This document shows, in pieces, positions 50,001 to 60,200 of a stretch of DNA of 64,000 nucleotides. Origin of the DNA: Phoronis australis (taxonomy: Eukaryota; Animalia; Phoronida); contig NMRA01000957.1 of assembly GCA_002633005.1 (NCBI GenBank), forward strand, positions 24,990-88,989, given 5' to 3'. The translations under genes and the position numbers were made by a program. How positions within the stretch are numbered: the first letter of the stretch is position 1; the number at the start of each line of letters is the position of its first letter. The notes under the pieces were generated by a model, which ran no database searches, was not told the origin of the DNA, and was given only the letters and a program-made list of their open reading frames with translations.

Positions 50001-51382
50001 AAAATGGTTTCAGCTGATCAGTTCAATGGACCCACCTGAATGGCCTGCACACATCTGGTGCAACAAGTACCAGACTGCCTGCAATGTTTTTTTATTATTT
50101 TTAGCGTTCAAGTGAACAGAGTAGCAACATACAGGGAGCTAGACAACGAACTTCTCAATCACGCTGCATTCGCCTCATTGGTTAGTAGTTTGACAACTGC
50201 ACATTTGAATACCGTGTGTACATTTATGTACATCATTTAGTGTTGTTTTGGTTTCTAAATTTGACACTTGTACTTAGGTGTATATCCTGTGCCATTGTAC
50301 ATTTACATAATGAAATGAACATATGTCTTTCCTTGTGAAACATACTTTTGGAAACAATGTTCTTTTCTCATTCTCTGAAACAATTGCCCATGTGGATATA
50401 AACACAAAATGTTTAGATACATTGTACCAAGCATGTTACTCTTGCTAGAGTGTGGACATTTATAGTTCATGAGAAAAGAAATGTGTTTGCAACAAAAGAT
50501 TTACAGTATGTGAGAAAGGAAATGCAGGTCATGAGGAAATGACGCCCTTAGTGAAAACCGCCAACGTGCTATTCGTGACGGAGGATAACTGGAAATCCTT
50601 ACAGCCCCATCTAATGTTGAATATTGAACTAATCTACAGTACATTATGAAAGTAATCTGATAAAATACTGTTTTCCCTTTGCGATGTTTATCAGCAAGAA
50701 ATGACTGTTAATAATTATTATGTAATTATTATGATGGAAAATTTAAATGACAGAATGACTTGGCCACCTTACTAAGTTGTCTGTTTATTCTCCTTCATTG
50801 TCCGTCATGAGGGAAGGTTAAGCTGATGATAAATGTGACTTCTGTCCAGCCATCCATCCAGTCACCATGAAGGAGAATCCTTGGTCATTTGGTCTCTATA
50901 CTTGCTGTGTACTTAATTTTGTATATTTATGTAAATATGTAATTCTTAAATGGACGTGGTAATCTATATTGCAAACACTCAGGAGTTCAAGGACGAGATG
51001 ACTACGATTAAGTCTGGACTTCTGTATTCGACTAGTGGTCTCAATGGTTCGGTGGACTAGAGCGTCTGCGCAGTTAGCAGGTGGTCCCAGGTTCGAGTCC
51101 CAGTTGGGGCAGAAATCTTTTCAGACTTATATTTGTTAGGTCACGTGATGTGGCCACAGGTGACGTGTTGACCAGACGTAAAAATGTTTGCGATAATTTT
51201 GTATATTATTGCAGGATAACGAGATAGATCTGAAGCTGCTAACCAAGTGCCTTTCTTCTGAACACGATGTGACTGAGGATGACCGTCCATGGGAGTGGGA
51301 CCGTCTGTTTACAGAGGTGACGTCTGAGCTGATTACTGAATGGGAGAGAGCTAGTGGACAGACTGCAGACCAGGCGGCATGA
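32049..51382 (+). CDS. IFT43: Intraflagellar transport protein 43 (IFT-A), 8 coding exons, 208 aa
   Basis: GT-AG exons with compatible phases: 32049-32090, 33879-33983, 41508-41578, 42897-42941, 45605-45651, 48554-48626, 50105-50180, 51215-51382 (627 nt). Protein contains PPKPARRVGGWGD and [42 protein letters not shown]...DNEIDLKLLTKCL...EDDRPWEWDRLFTEVTSELITEW, the conserved IFT43 domain. Confidence 0.95.
32300..32411. repeat. ~112-bp near-palindrome (small foldback/MITE) in IFT43 intron 1
   Basis: GTCGGATAT..TGGAC..TGATTTAGAGAACCAG pairs with CTGGTTCTCTAAATCAATGTCCATATCCGAC; central hairpin CTAAATAACGG/CCGTTATTTAG. A (GTTGCC)n microsatellite lies at ~32202-32237. Confidence 0.75.
33117..33555. 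mobile_element. MITE with TGT...ACA ends and 4-bp TSD (Ginger-like)
   Basis: ~120-bp imperfect TIRs built of CCAAACT subrepeats; GTGC on both flanks (33113-33116, 33556-33559). Confidence 0.65.
35246..35470 (+). mobile_element. tRNA-derived SINE copy
   Basis: GGAGGCAGTGTGCCCTAGTGG (A-box-like), GGTTAAGTCCC (B-box-like); body colinear with 49861-50085; ATTAT tail. Confidence 0.65.
36075..38806. repeat. ~1-kb duplication (36075-37061 and 37851-38806), probably an uncollapsed haplotype at an assembly join
   Basis: The two copies are colinear with scattered SNPs and indels; the second starts immediately after the N at 37850. Confidence 0.8.
37062..37849 (+). mobile_element. Truncated Kolobok-like (THAP) DNA transposon inserted at TTAA
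   Basis: Starts after TTAA (37058-37061) with AAGGGGACTGTAGTC; 37355-37435 encodes MLFCMAPGCSNSSKKESSKGMVIAYHR (THAP N-terminus); cut by the N at 37850; absent from the duplicate copy. Confidence 0.6.
40981..41372. mobile_element. Tc1/mariner-type MITE (TA TSD)
   Basis: TA|CAGTAAGAATTCTCTAGTTTG ... CAAACTGGAGAATTTTACCG|TA. Confidence 0.65.
41685..41923. mobile_element. Tc1/mariner-type MITE, same family as 40981-41372
   Basis: TA|TTGTAAAATTCTCCAGTTTG ... GAACTGGAGAATGTTTACCG|TA; 3' ~70 bp similar to the first copy. Confidence 0.6.
42953..43200. repeat. 23-bp minisatellite (TCTGCTGTTATGACTTA[C/A]ATCTT) just after IFT43 exon 4
   Basis: About 6 near-perfect units to ~43086, then degenerate units. 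Confidence 0.9.
44066..44563 (+). mobile_element. Kolobok-like MITE, best-defined copy (TTAA TSD, GG...CC ends)
   Basis: TTAA|GGTTGTATAGGACC ... GGTCTTACATAACC|TTAA; three more copies in the window. Confidence 0.75.
45320..47575. repeat. ~240-bp dispersed duplication (about 45320-45560 and 47335-47575) in IFT43 introns
   Basis: Shared GAGGATTTCCTCTTTTTGGTTTCA...TTTCTATCACT(C)AAGCCTATTTATTTGT...GGTCATTCCAAGCCCTG. Confidence 0.7.
49861..50100 (+). mobile_element. tRNA-derived SINE copy abutting the IFT43 exon 7 acceptor
   Basis: GGAGGCTGTGTAACCTAGTG, GGTTCGAGTACC B box; colinear with 35246-35470 up to CCTGCAAT (50085). Confidence 0.65.
51038..51110 (+). mobile_element. tRNA-like (SINE head / tRNA pseudogene) repeat
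   Basis: A box TGGTTCGGTGG and B box GGTTCGAGTCC; acceptor and anticodon stems can form, but the T stem is broken and U33 is absent. A more decayed relative is at ~43880-43960. Confidence 0.5.
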
Positions 51383-53349
51383 GTGGATAACGAGAACTAT
51401 TGGGAACAAGGCGGGGTCATCAAGTAGTGAGCGTGGCAGGAACTGGGGCGTCTTTTAATAGGGAACGCACAAGGGCGTAGTTTAATATTTTTGAGAAGCA
51501 TTCAGTCATCCGCGTACTTTCTCCTGAAACTTAAATGCCCCAGAGGCATGAACGCAACACGACGACAGTGTATAGATAATGTGGAAATTGTTCGACAGAA
51601 ATTGCTAAAGGATCTGGCATTGTGTCGCAAATTTTTCCGATTACGTGCATTATCTGGTACACGTGTGTACTTGCATAAATGAAAGCTGTGTTCTTAAGCA
51701 CGGACAGGTCTGGGGTCATTTGGGAATGAGTGCACGAAACTAATGAAAGGGTCTGGTAACAGTCAAGGTCATGTCTCTTGGCAGGACAAACATGAACTTT
51801 GAAAACATCGTGTTGTTAACATCCCCAGTCATATCTAATTATTGATTGTTTAAATGGGTCACTAAACCCATATCAGATTGGTCAGCTGATATTTTATGGC
51901 AGCACTGTCGTTAACCCATTTGCAAGGAAAGTTATTAGGATAATTGAAAAATAATGCTATTTTTTTCAAACTTTTCAAGTAGACTTAAAAATATGAAATG
52001 AGGCTGTGCAGCATTTTCGGAGGCCCGTAAATGTAGAAATTCAGTTTGACGTAAAATTAGTTTGTGACTCAATTATACTACCTAGCTATGAGCCCAATTC
52101 CAGATATAGTGTGTTATAGTGGAACACTAGAAGGGGTAACTCAGGTGCAGAACTTTTGAACTAAATTTTCATACAAATGCGAAATCAGAGCTAAGCAAAG
52201 TGGTCCATTACAATATTTGCATGTTCCTATTATAATGATCACGCTAGTCATTAACCCTGTATGTGCATGCACTATCTCCTTTTAAAGCCCCATGCAGCGC
52301 CATCTGTGTTTCATGTTTTGGTATAGAACCCTTGGCTTTTTTATCGTAATGAGTTAGCGTTCCTAAATACAGTGTAAAACCATGGATAGCATGGAGGTTA
52401 TTTTTTACTGCTTCTATAAGAAAATTCACCAATGTTAACTTGACTATTCCAATTTGAAGTTTGCTATTTTGGTTTTTGAACTAATTACCACTGTGTGGTA
52501 CTTGAAACGTGTCAATTTGTGAAGGTCTGTACTAGGATGAATGTGTGGTGGACTTGCAGTAAACATGGGCCCCTGATGTCGTTCACAAATTGTTGTATTA
52601 AATATTTTTTAAAAGTTTTTTAAAGCTGTTAAAATCATCCAAAGAGCATAACTTCATTTAAAATAGCTGTTGAAGTTAATAAAAGCACTCCAACTTCACT
52701 TCTGATCTTACGCGTTAAGAACTGAATTTTTTGTTGTTGAAATTACTGAATTTATTTGATAACAACTATAAAAGAGTCTCTTGGTTATATACTTCATTGT
52801 TCAAAAGTTTTGTTTGCTGTTCTTGAATTAGACCTAGCCACTTCCAGATTTTGATAATTTATTTTAAATGACCTGAAAGTGTTTTACTGGTGATGAATAT
52901 ACTAGTTGTTTTGTCATATTTATTTTATCCAATACAGTATGTACAGATATTTACAATGTGTTATTGAGTTTACACGCGTGCCCTTTTGATACAGTAAAAA
53001 TGAGCACTTGCGCTGCTATACACTCACACGTCAGAGCAAAATATCAATGCAGGTGCATTGGAATAGCTTCAAGATTATAAGCAACCTTAAATTAAGAACA
53101 CTGCAATGGTCCTTTCACATTATAAACAAATTGTAACACATAAAATATAGCAGAGCCTTAAAAGTTTACAAGCAACAGCAATGGTATACAACCTCGTGGC
53201 CTCTTACTTGACTATTACAAAAGTGCACTTTAAATAAAAAAATAAGTACAGATTGCAAACTTTTACCAAACTCCAATGCCAATAAGTCCTCTAAAATAAC
53301 TCGGCTGCTTGTCTCTAATAAATAAATAAACCTCTTTAACTTTGCTAAT

Positions 53350-54241
53350 TTAATTTGCCTTTTCTGCACTTGACTTGATTTGCAGACAGGTATTTTCAGA
53401 CCTGTCACAGAAGAAAGTGAATGCGTCGCTGAGCCTCCGTCTCTGACCTTTACCAATAGACTGTCTCATTTCATCCTTGGGTATCTGAGGCAGGACTGGC
53501 AGTGTGTGTAGTCTAGGCCGGGCAGGTGGAGGGGGAGGAGTAGATTTCTGAACCAGTACGTCCGAAGGTGTATATTTGGGACGGTTATGTCCTGCCTCGT
53601 GATCTCTATCACCGTGCGTCTTGAGAATTGAAGCACTAGGTTTCTGGGCCAGAGTCTTGTAGGCCCACTGTTTATTATGTTCCGCGCGTGCACGTGACGT
53701 GTCACTTTCACGCTTAAAGAGCAGAGGCTTTGCCCTGTTCTCCTCCGAAATCACTGGCAAGATATCCGCAGAATTCTTAAGTCTAAGCAACGATTTACAC
53801 TTGGCTATGAAATCTTCCTCAGAAGCACTTGTATCGCGAAAGTCTACCTTCTTTACTTGAGACGTTTTAGATTGAACACTGCTCTGAAGCTCATTCACCA
53901 ATAACTGCTTAGAATTTGAAGTAGAACACTCACTGATGGCTTCTTTAAGAAGGTTTATAGCTGTGGCCTCTTCAGCAACATCATAACTTCTCTTTGACAC
54001 GCCATCCTCTATTTCAATCTCTTCACTGCTCATAGGTGAAGGTATTTCCCCAAACACCTGTGAGCTAGGTAGTCTAAACTTTTTCACTTGTGTGTCACTG
54101 ATAGTTGAGAAAGCCTTGTTCCTTATAAAACCAGACTGTGTGAGTGATGTGCAGGAATCGGTCGAGTCATACTTGACCTTGTGAATAGGTGTCGTTAAGC
54201 TTTTCGAAGACAGGTATCGGTGGAACAAGTGTTCTGAAATT
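53350..54241 (-). CDS. Large S/K/E-rich terminal exon, putative SPATA17 extension
   Basis: Lies within the 325-aa ORF; its ttttcag acceptor at 54243-54242 is phase-compatible with exon 55576-55380, which in turn joins SPATA17 exon 8 in phase 0. Confidence 0.6.
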
Positions 54242-57200
54242 CTGAAAAGGAGGAAAGTACATTTAGTCAATTTGTATTCGTCTGACGAGAACAAATGGGT
54301 ACGAATTAAACTGATTTTGAAGAACATGCAAGGGTGAAAATGATACTCATATCCATGTTTTCATACACCATAGCAGTTATTAGGGCACAAAAACTGGAGC
54401 GCAGTAGATTTGTGCTGCTGAGAATCAGATTTTGACAGTTGATTTGCCACCATAAACCAAATATTGCAGTGGGTACTACCCAAGAACCTAGTCGTATGGT
54501 GGGTACTCGTCAAAGAAGCAAAACGAATGAGAACCTTTACATATGTAAACCAGATGCTGCTTAAAATTCAAGCCAGTTTAAATATTTCCAAATTTCCAGT
54601 GGCACTAACCGAACACTTAAGAGTTGGGTCAAGCCCCCCCCCCACCCTCCCCAAGGGTAACACTATTGGAGGTACTAGTCACAGGATTTGAGTCAAAATT
54701 ACCAGCAATACAATTATGAGTACAGTTGAAGCTGCATTCTGCCATTGTTGAATACTGAATTCTTAACGAAAGTGCTTTGTGGTTTAAAAGCATTGCCAAA
54801 CATCCGATCTTGAATTGTTGCCGAATTGGCTGGCAACTCAAGGCACAAGCAATGCGTACACTTGAGTCATTTTCCAACCTGTAACTTTAAGGTTAGCCAA
54901 CCCCAATAAACTTTGAAGAGTTTTCTTGGACTGCTGAGATGGTTTCGATATTCTTGATGTCAACGAAAATAGAATCCTATCACGGTAAGAAATGTTACGA
55001 GACCGATTTGATGAGACTGAAAGGCCCAATTCGATTTTTAGCCAGCTGAACAGGAAGAAATGCGGCTTTACTAATATTAATCACAGTATGTCCTGCGCTA
55101 GTGTCATTGTATTGCTGTTCTACACAGGGCATGTACTAGTGAAAAAGCAGAGTGTAAAGTGAAACAGAGATAAAGCAGAGTTCAAATTTGGTGGAGAACA
55201 TAAGGCGCACAACTGTAAATTGTACAATCCTTAAGTGAAATAAGGAAACCAAGATCACTAGAATCCAAGAAATGATGTCGTGTGGATAAAATTTTGTATT
55301 CGTCACAAGGGTATATTCAAGGAGAATGCGCCATTGACACAAAACTGGAACTCTGAAGAAAGTAAGAAAGTATAGATACATGTTGGAATTTGACGGGCAA
55401 GGCGTGACACAGGGGGACAATGGAGGTAACGTCGTGTCGCTCCAAGTGCTCAGGTCCGAAGTAATGTCAGAGACATTAGCTTCCCTGTCGCCCATGCAAA
55501 GGTGAACTTCAGTGACCTCTTGAGGCAGGCTCTGGCATAAGGATTGCAGTGGTTGTGGTTGTTTCGAATCAACCAGCTATGTAATTTCAAGGAGACAAAT
55601 GTTAAGAAATGGAAAAGAAAGAAAGATAATAGTAGAAAGTTTCAAATTGGCTGAAAATGGTTACGATTAGAAAACATGATAAATACTTCACTGCTGTCCA
55701 GTAACACAGGGTATACACACCACCTGATCTCAACATGTTGTGAAATCCTCAATAAGGAGACATGATGAAGACCAGAGGAGGCAATAAATCCTCGTAAGTT
55801 TAGTATAACACAATTATTAAATGACAAGGACAGATTAAGTTCTTAAACTCATCAACGCTCAATATTTCCAAGTCACGAATTCTTTAAGTTGACCACTGCT
55901 GTAATTATGCAGTTTTACTCTCTATCAAAACTTTTTTTGTGAATTACTGGGTATTTCATCAAGATTTGATCCCATGATTTTTCTGCTCACAAACCATGAC
56001 TACCCACTACACAACAAGCACGTCCCCCACATGGGATATACAGTCTGACCATGTTAACACCTAGGGTGTTTAAATTCAGGTAGTCGGCGTTAAGCTGAGC
56101 ATTGGGCATTTAACAACAAAATTTTTTAAAAGTTTTCGCAAAATTATTTTTATTGTAACACAAAATAAAAAGTCCATGACCCTGATCATCCTGAAAACAG
56201 TGCGGCATAAAATTTGGCATAAGACATACATGCCCAACTGGTCAGTACTAACTGCATTAGGGCCTGGAGTTCAGATCAACTTGTGCGTAAACACTAGTTA
56301 CAACTAAAAGTCATAAAATGAAAATTCTGGGTTGAGCATTTAGTCAAACATGAGCGTGAACGCGTTTGGGAAATTGAGTTCCCACAATTCATTGCACACA
56401 CGGTGTTTCCCTTCTATCTATGAAATGGTCACTGAGCTATCTATACAAACAGATCACTCTCACACGCATCTCGTATGTATTGGCCCCCACAAGCATACAG
56501 AACATGCGCCATCTGGTGTCAATAGTAAAGAAAAAGAATAACTACGACAATGAATTAAAGTTAGTGGTGCGTCAATTACCTGTTGTGTGACATGTTTGTC
56601 TAAGTGTTCCTCTCTGAAATATTTTGTCCCATACGGCAGGTGTCCATATGAGGATGTGGTGTGAAGCAAAGGATCATACTGCCGATGACGTTTGGTGAAT
56701 GGTACAAATCTGGAAAGAAACGAATTTACATCAAAACAGTGTCTGATAAATTGTTGTGGCTGAAGGTTTATGAATTTGATAAGTTAAAACTCACAGGACA
56801 CCATCTTAAGCAAAAAATGTGGATTTGTGACCAGACAATTAGTTAGTGATTTGTGGAATTTTCCGTAAACCAATCAGGGGTGGATCCAGGATTTTTAGTT
56901 AAGGGGGGCCAGGGCAAAGTATTAGCCAGGATTTTGCCCATCAAACATTCGCACCCCTGAATTGACAAATGGAATGTGGGAGTTTTAGGGGGGGTCATGG
57001 CCTCCCTTTAAATTCGCCACTGGCAATTCAAGGATCTATAAGAATAACAAGTAAACAGCCACACACGCTAGTAAATGTTTATATGTTAAGCGCTAATTAA
57101 ACAAAAATGTTGAAAAACTCAACAACGGAACTTTCCACTATAGCCCACCAACTTACATGTTGTCATTAACACGGCCCACCCATTCACTTCTCTTCATAGC

Positions 57201-60200
57201 ATCCCTCGCTTCATCAACTGAGTAAAATGCCGTCTCCACACGTAAAGATGGTTGAAAGCTCTTGTACCGTTGCTTCTGTACTTCCTCGGGATCTTTAAAT
57301 GGACCCTGCAAAATAAACGATGTAGACCTATTAATTAGGTCAAGCCAAAATAGCAAACTTCAAAATTGTAAAAACTAAAGTTTAGTGGCTGCGAAATGTT
57401 TTTTTGAAACCATCACTGAACTCCATTCTGTCCATCGTGTTATCATGACATATGTAATTAGTAATGCTGACTCTTTGTACCAAAACAAAACAAAACAGTG
57501 AGATGCGTCACCCAAAGACATGAATCAAAATAAAGGTTTTCAAAGTCAGCACTGCACAGGTCTTTATAAGGTTATCCATTACCTGTCGAACAAAAATGTT
57601 AAAATTCATCTAACTAGAGCACAGTGTGTCTCAGAAAGGCTGATAGGATTTTTCAAATGTTTCACCTTCCATGAAGTACAATAAAAATTACAAGAACTTT
57701 CGCCACTTTCCAAATTAAAAATATGAATTCTCCTCTAAATGTTGCAACAAATATAAATGAAAGGAAAAAGTAGAATAGCGCAACAGAATTTTTGAGATTT
57801 CATCTTGAATACATATAATCAAGATTTAGTCATGTCATCAATATTGCTGTCTATACTATGTGAACGTAGTTTTTGCTAAATTTACAAAAGAATGTGGTTA
57901 CTTACTTTGTGACAAGTTAAAACACTGACACTGAAACATGTGCCTATTCTTCAAATAAGAACCGTTGTAGGACAATTTTAAAATTCGTTTACCTGAGGTT
58001 TCTGCGGAATAGGTGGCAAAAGGGCACTCTTGGACACCCCGTACTTTTTACAGGTTGGGTCAAAAGGTTCCTCAGTCACTTTTTCCTTTTTATGGCTTCT
58101 TGGTCGAGTACTTCGCAAAATAAATTCCATATCATCAGGATAACTGAAAATTTGTAAAATGAAGCGTTCATTTAGTGGCAAGAAGTGACATCTGGTGTTC
58201 TTTTCATGAAAGCGACTTAAAATCTAAGACATAAACTTGGTCTTGTGCTACCATTTCACAGTTGCTGGAAAAAGCTTAAGCCAAGTAATTATGAGTGCAT
58301 CACAGACTAGAAATAATTTATTGAAATTATGTCAGTAAATTGTAGTTATAGGCAGCATCTCAAGGACTGCAATTTTGCTCAAATGAGATTTAAATTATTT
58401 TCAGAAATAGCTGTGGGGAGCGTAAGACCAGATTTCTGACTTAAGTCTTACATCACTTTTCGTGAAACAGAGCCCTGGGCTTGGGTGGAATTGACAGTTC
58501 GTAAGTGGATGAGACCAGGATCAAGAGTTTGCTTGCCATGGCCGGTCATTTTGTGAGCGTAACACAGTTTCCAGCAATAACAAAACATCAGTCCTTCCCT
58601 GAAGCCCAAAATAACTTTTTATCTGAGTAAGAACAACAAGCGCTTTCATAGAAGCTTTATATGCAAGTTTTGTGTGTCACTAGCTATACTGTGTCCCCTC
58701 TACATACAATAAGCATTGTGAAAGTACAACAGTGTCTTTCGCTCTTCTGTAAGATGGGCTGAGTCAAAGGAAGACATGCAATTTCTGTCATTCACGGACA
58801 TTTTGAAACATTAGCCATATTTGCATGGATCATTTGAATATCCCACTGCACAACAGTGGTGATCTGACGATGTGATGTTTGCAAAGAACTGATAAAAAAT
58901 GCTGGAAAATATACCATACAAGAAAGTTAAGGGCGCTGTCCACCAACTAGCCTTCCCCATCTAGAGACAAGGTCTATTTCATCGTGTAGCGGCTACATCA
59001 GAAAATGGCTATTTGTGAGCTATGAAAAACCATTTCACGCATGTAGTGTCCGCACAGATGAACAAAGAAACAAATCCATACAGAACATGAGCACAAACAA
59101 TATACACCGTATAGATGTACTTACGGTTTATACGGCGAGTCGTATATGCCTGGCACCACCTTTGTACTGAGGAGATAGTGGTGTTTGCTGGCATGTTCCT
59201 CCAACTGCTTGCGTGCCATCTCCTCCTCGGCCAATCTCCGCAGGTGGTCCTGCTGGTCTTTGTAGTCGTTCAGCTCTCGCCTGGAATGACGGTGTCATTG
59301 GTCACATTGGAGTTGTTTAATTATTTGCCTTTTACACTTTCTGCCATATGTGGCCTTCAAGGGAAATGAGATTGTGAAGATAACCCGGAGGGGGGGGTGC
59401 ATTTCTGGAGGCCAATTAGACGAACATGCCGCACATGGTAGTACATATAGAGTTCCCCCATGATTCGAGACTGCATGAAATTTGCATCTGGTCTTAAACG
59501 CTCTACTTAACATAACGCTATAGGTAAGTATAAGTGTTTCAGTCTGGCGTTGTACAGCATGGGTTAATGCGATGAATAATCAACACCATCTAAGTCGATT
59601 AAAAACCAAGGAAAAGAAACACTCATTATATGATTTTGGAAAGATTAAGCACAGAAAAGCCGGCATGGCAAATGTGTTTGTACAGCCCGTGTGGAACACC
59701 GATTAATAAAGGTAGACACGCCACTGTCTCCCTTCTATAGATCGCAAATAGATAACTACATGGTAGTAATTCCAGGGAACTTTGATTTTCTTATTCTGAC
59801 TATTCTATTATAGCCAATCAACAACATTAAGATTTGAGATGACACCACACAATACTGAAAAAACCTTCGAGCGCTGGTAACTTGGAAATGCCACAATACC
59901 CCTCATGATATCCAAGATCTGTCTATGGTTTGGTCTGTATACTTTAAAATATTCACAAACAGTGTAGTTTAAAAGTAAGAGTCGGTGTCCATGACAATCC
60001 TTCCAGATAAGAGCTAGATGCAGCTCTATGTCATACCCATACCTGACAAGATCGTTCTTAGTCATCAAGCCCTCGAGGTACTTCTTACGGCTATAGTAGT
60101 TAAATATGTATTTCCTTGTGTAGTATCCCTTCCACACTTTCTGGATCTGCCAAGACATTATTTGTGAAATTCATAAAACATCGGCTTATTGCTGACTAAT

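Noticed and set aside
51038-51110. Functional tRNA gene (anticodon AGT)
   Set aside because: T stem mismatched, U33 absent, and a decayed relative exists at ~43900; treated as SINE-like.
54640-54690. LVPPIV peptide as the canonical SPATA17 last exon
   Set aside because: Immediately preceded by an in-frame stop, lacks a usable acceptor, and similarity does not continue.
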